Origin: a virus
Taxonomy: Duplodnaviria; Caudoviricetes
DNA length: 64,000 nt
Strand: one strand, 5' to 3'
IMG/VR virus record: IMGVR_UViG_3300037458_000547
Location: 1,474-65,473 of that record
Shown piece after piece: positions 1 through 9,000 of the stretch (within the stretch, counting starts at the first letter, position 1; every line of letters starts with the position of its first letter). The notes under the pieces are model-generated. The model ran no database searches, was not told the DNA's origin, and saw only the letters and a list, made by a program, of their open reading frames with translations. The position numbers and the translations under genes were made by a program.

Positions 1-1
1 G

Positions 2-3000
2 GTCGCGCTGGCAGAGGAGTTCCAGGGCGAGGCCAGCAAGCAGGTCGCCAAGGAGAAGGCCAGGGGCGAGAAACAGGAGGAGCGAGACCGGAAGAAGGCG
101 GAGCGGGAGCGCCAGAAGGCCGAGAAGGACGCGGCCGAGCGCCCGGCCAAGGTGGCCTCGAAGACCAGCCGCTTCAAGAACCGCGCCTTCCGCGAGGCCG
201 CGCAGCTCGAGGCCGTAATGACTGCGGCCGAGCAGGACGGCAACTTCCGCGACAACGCCATGACGGCGGTGACCGGCTACATCGAGCAGCAGAAGGCCGA
301 GGACGGAATCGAGGCCGAGGCATGGTCGAACGTCAAGGCGTTCGTCGGCGAGGTCTCGAAAGAGAACCAGGAGTTCTGGGAGGGCCTGCAGAAAGAGGCC
401 AAGAAGCAGCGTCGCGCCCTGGACCGCCAGAAATACCGCACGCAGGAGGTCTATGACGCCGCCCTGACCGAGGCCCTGCAGGAGGCGGAGCTGCCGATCG
501 ACGCGGAGGAGGCCAAGGCGTTCCGAGCCGGCTGGGATCACATGCTCGCCGGCAAGACGGCCTCGACGCTCACCGGCGACAACATGAAGGCGCGGCGCGA
601 CGGGTACGACGCCGCCAAGAAGTGGGTTAAGCGCACCGCCCAGGGCAAGGCATGGTACGACGGCGCTCCGCTCGAGAAAGAGAAGGCCACCGGGACCCGC
701 GTGAAGCGCCGCATGGACGAGCTGCGTCGCGAAGTCGAGGCGATGACCGACCTCGAGCTGGCCTGGAAGGAGATCGAGAAGGACACCTCGCGCATCGCGC
801 TGTTCAACCCGACGCTGGCCGAGGGCGCCACGCCCGGAACGAAGCGATATGTCGAGGCCCTGCGCGACCGGATCCTGCCGCTCAAGAGCTACATCAAGAA
901 GCAGATCTTCCGGCGCCGCGGCTGGACCTTCGAGAGAAGCCTGCAGGAGGCAGCCAAGCGCGACGCCGCTTACGTCGAGGAGATCAAGAAACAGATCCTC
1001 GCCGTGACCGAGGAATACCAGAAGCTGGTGGGCGAGCTGAACGATTCGCTCGAGGGTTCTGACTCGGTTCTCGATGCGTCGACCAGGCTGACCGCGTACT
1101 ACGTCAAGCGGCCAACGCCGAACTCGCCCTACTCTCCGACCGAGCAGGCGACGAGCCTCGAGCGGTACATGCGCGACCACTTCCGGTGGTGGCACCCGTT
1201 TGTGCGCCCACTCCCGGGAAGCAACTATTACGGGAGCGAGACCCGCAGCCTCGAGGGCAAGGAGCAGGACGCCCCCGAGGAGCGCACCAAGCAGCTGCGC
1301 CACCCGCGCCTGGATCGCGTGATTCGCGAGGGGCGACGCGACATCCGCAAGGGCAAGGACGTTTCCGCCAAGGACTTCAAGGACACCTTCGGCTTCGCTG
1401 ACGTGGACATGGGCGAGTGGGTGCAGTCGCGGGAGTCTCGCGACAACTTCAACTACGCCTTCGATGCGTTCATGGACCTGGCGGACCTGATGGGGATCCC
1501 GCCGTCGGCCATCGGGTTCAACAGGACCCTGCACTTCTCGGTGGGCCGGACGGGCCGCGGCGTCGGCGCGGCCGCTCACTTCAGCGATCGCGAGAAAGTC
1601 GAGAACCCGAAGGCGGGCGAGCCCGACGAAGTCCCGAACATCAACATCACCAAGGAACACGGCGACGGGTCGCTCGCGCACGAGTGGACACACGCGCTCG
1701 ACTGGCTGAACGGCACGGTGGTCGAGGGCCGCAAGCCGACCCTGGCCACGACCGTCGATGTCGTCCAGGCGCTCAAGTACCAGGACAAGGACTGGTCGGC
1801 CGACCTCGAGTCTCAGGCGCTCGATTACCTACGCGGAAAGAAGACCTGGTGGGGCATGCCGGCGGATGCGACGCCGCGGGATCACATGGTCGAGTGGCTG
1901 CGCAACACCCACTTCCAGCGAGAGCCGACCCGGTTCTACAGCGCCGCCCTGAAGCTGGACGGCAACCAGGCCGGCAAATACTGGTCCGACAACATGGAGC
2001 TGATCGCCCGCGCCGGCGAAGCCTACATTGTCGACACGCTGATGGGCCTGCAGCAGGACACCGAGGCGGCGTTCATCGGGCCGCCTAAGCCAGCGATCAA
2101 CAACTACCTGGTGAACCCGGAATTCGCGGGCGACGGCAAGGCGAAGCCGCCCATGTACCGCGGAACGCCGTACCCGATCGGCGACGAGCGGGCGGTGATG
2201 CGCGACATCATGAAGGTCTGGTACGACGCCATCGAGGTGAAGGATGGCAAGCCGACCCTCAAGGAGAACGCGGCCGAACACCTCAACCCAGGCAAGAACT
2301 TCGAGAAGGCCAAGAGCGCCCTGCTGCTGCGCCTCGACGAACTCGAGAGCCAGGTAGCCGCGGAGAAGGCCGAGGAGGCGAAGAAGTCTGAGGAGGAGCG
2401 CCGCCAGCAGCGCGAGAAGGAAGAAGCCGAGCAGCGTGCCCGCGACGAGGCAGAGCGCAAGAAGCGCGAGGAGGCCGGGCGGATGCCGGGATGGTCCGTG
2501 GAGTCGATCCGCGCCGTCCCGGAGTTCATGGACACGCAGCCGGGTCCGCTGGGGATCCACCAGGGCATCTTCAACCTGATGACGCAGCAGCTCGCCTGGG
2601 CGCAGAAGTCCGGCGAGAAGATCACCCCGGCCATGGGGGAGCAGCGCGACTCGAATTGGTTTGAAGCCGTCGGCATCCCTCACGACCACAAGGTTCCGCC
2701 CATCTGGGAGAACCCGCAGGTCGACAGCGAGGACCTGCCCCCCAAGGAAGATCCGAATGCGATCTCCAAGGAGGAGCGCGACAAGCTGATCGAGGACATC
2801 TTCGCCCTGGACGACGAGGCGGAGGAGGCCCCCGGAGAGGAGCCAGAGGCCGACAAGCCCGCGAAGCCGAAGAAGCCCCGCGGCGAGGCCAAGCCCCGCG
2901 AACCGAAACAGCCCGGCGAAAAGCGCGAGCCCAGACCGAAGGCGGCTACGGACAAGACCGCAGGCGAGCTGATCCGCGAAGCCGGTAAGCTCGGCGTGAA

Positions 3001-6000
3001 GGGCATCGACGAGGCTCTGACCGGCCTGGCCGAGCTGTTCGGCGCCAGCAAGGGCGGGCGACTCAACTCGTTCCCGGCCGGCTTCGACCAGGAGGCGTAT
3101 GCGAGGGCCAAGCCGCACTTCCAGGCCGCGCTCGCCGCGTTCAAGGCGGCCGGACGGACGCTGGCCGACTTCATCGCGGTCATCAAGGCAGCCGTCCCGA
3201 AGGAGCTGCGCCCCGGCTACATGGTCATGCTCAAGCAGTACGCTGATGAGCAGGACCTCTATAACGATCTCAGCACGAAGGAGGAGCGCGATGGCCGATC
3301 ATCCATTGAACCGTCTGATCAACAAGGTGCAGCTCCTCAACCAAAACGCCCAGAACAAGGCTTGCCTGGGGATGCTGCCGGAGGGTCGTCTACAGGACCC
3401 GAAGCAGATCCACAGCGTCGGCCTCGCGCTGATGGGGGTGGAGTTCCTGAAGAAGGCGGACTACAAGGACCTCCGGTCACTGGTGCCGGAGCTGGAGGCA
3501 ACGCTGGCGCAGGTCCTGGAGCTGCCCCCGGAGAGGCAGCAGGCGGCGCTGTGGGCGGAGGACGAGGACGGGACACCGGCGGTGTCACCGGCGGAGCTGG
3601 CGCAGATGTCGCGGGAGGAAGCGGCGACAACGCTCCTGCAGAATCTGCTGTAGAGGGGCTGTTCGAGGACTACACCCCAGCCAAGGTCAAGATCGAGGGG
3701 GCGCAGCCGCACCCTGGAGACCTGGTGCAGTCGGCCGCCATGAACTCGGTCGAGCCCCCCGACCCGACCTACACGCCCGACCTTCCGCCCGAGACGATCG
3801 CGCAGGGCAAGCTGTCGATCGCGCAGCTCGAGTCCATCGTCTACGGCAACATGGCGTTCCAGCAGTTCCTGCCGAACGGCGAGCGCATGGGGTTCGCCAT
3901 CGGGGATGGCACGGGTGTCGGCAAAGGCCGCGAGATCGCGGGATTCATCCTCGACCAGTGGCGCCGCGGGAACAAGAAGCACATCTGGGTCACCGAGAAG
4001 ATCGACCTCGGCGCCGACGCGCTGCGCGACATGCTGGGGGTCGGCCTCGACGTGCCGATCCTCATGTACGACCGGCCGAAGAAGTGGCCCAAGCCGGGCC
4101 AGGACAACTTCCGCCCGCTGAACCTGCAGCGCGACAAGAAAGCGCCGCTGCAGTTCGGTGAGGGCGTGGTCATCGTCACCTACGACAACCTGCGCAGCGC
4201 CGGCGGGAGGATCGTCGAGAACCTGACGACCTGGGCCGGCAAGGGCTACGAAGGCATGCTGGTGTTCGACGAGGCGCACTCGCTCGGCAACGCCGTCGCC
4301 AAGAAGGGTCTCCAGCCGAGCAAGAAGGCCGCCGCCGGCATGAGGCTGGCTGAGGGCCTGCGCATGAGCAGGACGCTGTACGTCTCGGCGACCATGGCGA
4401 CCGAGCCGCGCAACCTCGGGTTCCTGCAGCGACTGGGTCTGTGGGGCGACGGAACGGCGTTCGCCAATGCCGCCGATTTCATCGACAACATCTCCTCGCT
4501 CGGCAAGGTAGCGATGGAGACCGTGGCCCGCGACATGAAGGCGCTCGGCCTCTATATCTCGCGCACGCTGTCCTACAAGCCGGTGAAGTTCCAGCCGTTG
4601 CATCACCGGGCTGACGCCGACGAAGCGCAGCTCTATGACGATGCTGCAAAGCTGTGGGACACGCTGCGCACCGAAATCCAGATGGCGATGGCGTGGTCTG
4701 GCCTGGGCGACAACACGATGTCGCAATACTGGGGAGCCCACCAGCGGTTCTTCAACCTGTTCATGACCTCGCTGTCGACTTCCGCCGTCATCGACCAGAT
4801 CAGGGCGGTGACGACCGGAGAGAGTGGCGGGACGGCCGTCGTCCAGCTCGTCAATCACTATGGCTCGATGACCGAGGAAATGGCCGCCAAGGGGCCGGAT
4901 CCGAACGAGTCCGACGAGGAGGCGGAAGACGAGAGCCTGTCGATGACGCCGGCGCAGATCATCGAGAGCTGGATCGAAAAGAAGTTCCCGGTCTACAACT
5001 ACGTTCCGGTGCCCGGGGTCAACCCGAAGACGGGCAAGCCGACCGTGAAGTGGGAGCCCGTAAGGGGCCCGGACGGCAAGCCGATGGAGGTCAAAGAGCT
5101 GGTAGCGCGTCGCGACTACATGCTTGGGCTGGCCCGCAGGCTCGGCAAGAACGCGAAGATGCCCGGCAACCCGATCAACATGATCGTGGAGGCATTCCCG
5201 GACCAGACCGTGGAGGTGTCCGGGCGGAACAAGCGGTATCTGCGCAAGACGGCGAACGGCAAGACCGAGATCATCGAGGAGGTCCGGGCTGACGAGGTAA
5301 TCGCGAAGGAGCTGGAGGACTTCCAGGAGGACCGCAAGCGCATCCTGATCTTCTCCGAGAAGGGCGGCACCGGGTTCTCGTATCACGCCAGCAAGGAGCC
5401 GAAGAACAAGAACCGCCGGCAGCGCCACCATTTCGTTCTGCAGGCCGGCTGGAAGGCCGACAAGACGTTCCAGGGCATGGGGCGCACGCACCGAACCTTC
5501 CAGGAGTCGGCGCCGATCTACTACCTGGTGAAGACCGACATCGAGGCGCAGTCGCGCTTCATCTCGTCGATCGCCAGCCGCCTCGGGCAGCTCGGGGCAC
5601 TCGCCATGGGCGAGCGCAAGGGCGCGAGCCAGGGGCTGTTCCAGGGCGACGAGGACATTCAGGACGAGTACGGCCACCTGGCGCTACAGCAGATCTTCCG
5701 GGACATCTACGATGGTCGCGCCACGATCACGGCGCCACCGGAAAGGACGGGGACGGTAGAGACCGACCTCGAGAACCTGATGATGGCGCTGCGCGTGCCC
5801 GCCGAGAAGATGGGCGACGTGTTCGACATCCTGCGAAGCGCGAACACCGACCAGCGATACGCCCAGGATGTCGCCCGGCAGATGTTCCGCGCTGGCGACA
5901 TGAGCCCGCCAGACCCGCGGAAGATGACCAACCGGGTCCTCGAGGACCTGTCCATCCTGGTCGAGCGCCATCAGTCGGCGCGGCTTGGGCGCACGCGCAC

Positions 6001-9000
6001 GATGCGGTTCAACGAGATCCTGCGCCTGATGGGCAAGGAGCCGTTGCCGCCTCACTCGCAGTGGCAGCCGGGCGTGGCGCCGGACATGCACGACTTCCTC
6101 AACCGATCGCTCGGCCTGACGATCAAGAACACCGACGGCTACGACGGCGTGATGAAGCAGCTGTTCTCGCTGTTCAACGACCGCCGCGAGGACATGATCC
6201 TGCAGGCCAAGGAAAACGGGACCTTCGACGAGGGGCTCGAGCTGATCCCGGCCATCGCGGTCAAGAAAGTCATCGACAAGGTGGTGTCTCGCGAGACGCG
6301 CACCGGGGCGGCGACCCGCTATCTCGAACTCGAGCTGACCCAGAAGGAGACCATCAACACCTTCCAGGAGATCGAGCAGCTTGCCGCTGTATCGGGGCCG
6401 CAGTTCGTCGGCTACTTCCGGGACAACACCGACGGCAAGGTCTTCGCCGTCATCCAGCGCAGGTCGCAGATCGCCGGACAGTCGCGAGGCCAGCGTTGGG
6501 ACGTGACCGGAGCGCCCCGGACGATCGACAACGTGGACAACATCCAGCGCGGCGGCCAGGAGCGGCTGGTGGACAAGGAGGGGCCGACCTTCAAGGGTCA
6601 GGCGTTCTCCGTGCGCAAGGAGCCGGCGGCCGCGAAGTTCGATGCCACCCCATTGATCGTGGCGGCCCGCGAAGGCGGGGTTACCGCCATGCAAGAGAAG
6701 GCCGCCAGGGACTTCCAGGGCTACATCAAGGATCACTCGCCTGCAGAGCAGGCGGTTATGCGCGAGGCTGTCGCCGAGGCCCGTGACCGCATCGCCAAGG
6801 CGTACTCGGCATGGACGGCCTCGCAGGCTGGTCTGGAGCCCGCCGAGAAAATCGCCTTCGCCATGAACTCGTTTGTAGTCTCGAAGAAGGCCGACGGCTA
6901 CCCGGAAACCTTCTGGGCGACCACCCTGATCGAGGTGTTCAATGAGCGCGGCCCGGAGTACGCGGCCGAGTACGTCAAGCGGCAGCTCGGCGAGAACAGC
7001 GGCAGCGAGCTGATGCAGGAGGCGATCAACGAAGCCTGGGCGCGGGTGCAGAAGGAAGCGGTGACGGCCGTCGCCCCGCGGCGCGTGAGGCATTACGAGG
7101 CCCTGAATTCGCCGCGGATCACCTCGGCCCCGACATTCGGATCCAGCACCGCAGACCCGAAGGATCCTCGCAACTGGGCCGAGCGGGCCTGGGGCGATGC
7201 CCTGGCGGCCGCGCCCAAGACCAAGACGGTCACCCAGCACATGATCGCCGGCGCCACCCTGCCGGTGTGGGACAAGTTCGACCCGGGCCAGAAGATCCGC
7301 GTGGGCCGCGTCAAGACTGGTGACGAGACGATTCTGGGTCGGCTCATCAAAGAGGCCGACCTCGATCGCGTGCTGCAGAGACTGGGCGTCAACATCCTCG
7401 GCGAGCTAACGCCGATCAAGTTGATGGGCCGCATCATGCGCGGGCAGAGCGTTGCGCTGGCCAATGGCGTGAAGCTCATGAAGGACCGCTACAACAACGC
7501 CAGCGTGATCCGCCTGTACGTCGACTCCTACGAGGCACGGGCGGCAGAGAAAGTGCTGATGGACGCTGGCTCGCCCGAGCGCATTGCCATGGAGGTGTCC
7601 GGAGTTCGATTCACGACCCGGAAGACCTCATGGGGATCTGAAAACCTGTTCATCTACATCGAGGGCGGCGACTCCCGCGCCATGGAGACGGTTCTAAAGT
7701 GGTCTCCGGCCATGGCCCTGCAGGGCACGATGGCGTCGCGCTCCGGCGCGAAGCCGGCCCGCGGCTCGAGCGTCGCCCAAGTGCGCGAGTGGATCGCGCC
7801 CATGGTGCGGGAGCTGGGCTCGGTGGTGCGCTTCGAGGTAGTCCAGTCGGTGTCTGAGCTGGGTGACGACACCGTGAACTCGGACACCGAGGGCGTCTAC
7901 TGGCGCGGCACGAACGTCGTCTCGCTGGTGGCCGATCAGCTGCCCTCCCAGGGCCGGGCCGCCCGCGTCGCGATCCACGAGGTCTTCGGGCATCTGGCGC
8001 CCGAGGCGCATCCGCTGTTCGCGGACGCGATCGACGGAATCCTGCGGCTCAAGGCGATGGGCCACCAGAAGATCGTGGCCGCCTGGGACAAGGTCGCCGC
8101 GCTCGAGCCCACGCTCGACAAGCGCGACCATGCCGCCGAAGTCCTGGCCCGGATCGCCGAGGCAGGCGTCGAGGTCGCGCCGCTCGAGAAGCTCAAGGCG
8201 AAGATCCTCGGTCTGTTGCGCAAGGTGTTTCCGGGCATCGAGTTCCGCGAGTACGAGGTCCGGGCGTTCATCGCCAACGCCGGCAAGGCGCTCATGAAGC
8301 GGGCGCAGAAGACACAGGCCGGTCTCGAGCGGCGGGCCCGCGGCGGCGACGCCAACGCCCGGGAGTTCCTCGGGCAGCTGTGGGCGGAGGCCAACGGCCC
8401 GTGGATCGAGGAGGGCCGGCGCAATGACGAGCTGACCGACGAGGAGTGGCTCGGCACGCGAGCCCACCTGGATCGCGCCTACTCCCGTTCCGCAGACATG
8501 ACGGCCGACGAGGAGGCGAGCTACGAGCGCCTGTTCGGACGCTCTCGCAAGCCGCTGTCGCTGCGCGACCATGCCCGGGGGTGGGTGCAGCGGCTGAAGA
8601 ACATCGACGCGCTGGAGCTGCGCCAGGGTGTGGTGGACGCCTACGCCTCGGTGAAAGACCTCGAGGAGGGGCAGTACGGCGAGGTCCTCGACGCCGCGGA
8701 CTCCGCCTGGAAGGCCATGCTTGCCACTCGCAACCATGCCTCGGTGATGGCGGCGGTCATGAGCAAGGGCGTGCCGAAGCTGATCGACGGCGTTTACCAG
8801 CCGGTCGCGGGCCGCAAGGGGTTCCTCGAGATCCTTCGGCCGCTGGTCGAGCATTCCGACGGCAACCTGATCGACCACTGGCAGCTGTGGGCAGCCGCCA
8901 ATCGTGCGCAGCGGCTCATCAGCGAGGGCAAAGAGCAGCGCATGTCGATGGTCGACATCCAGCGCGGCCTGGCGCTCGGGGTTCGGTATCCGTTCTTCAG

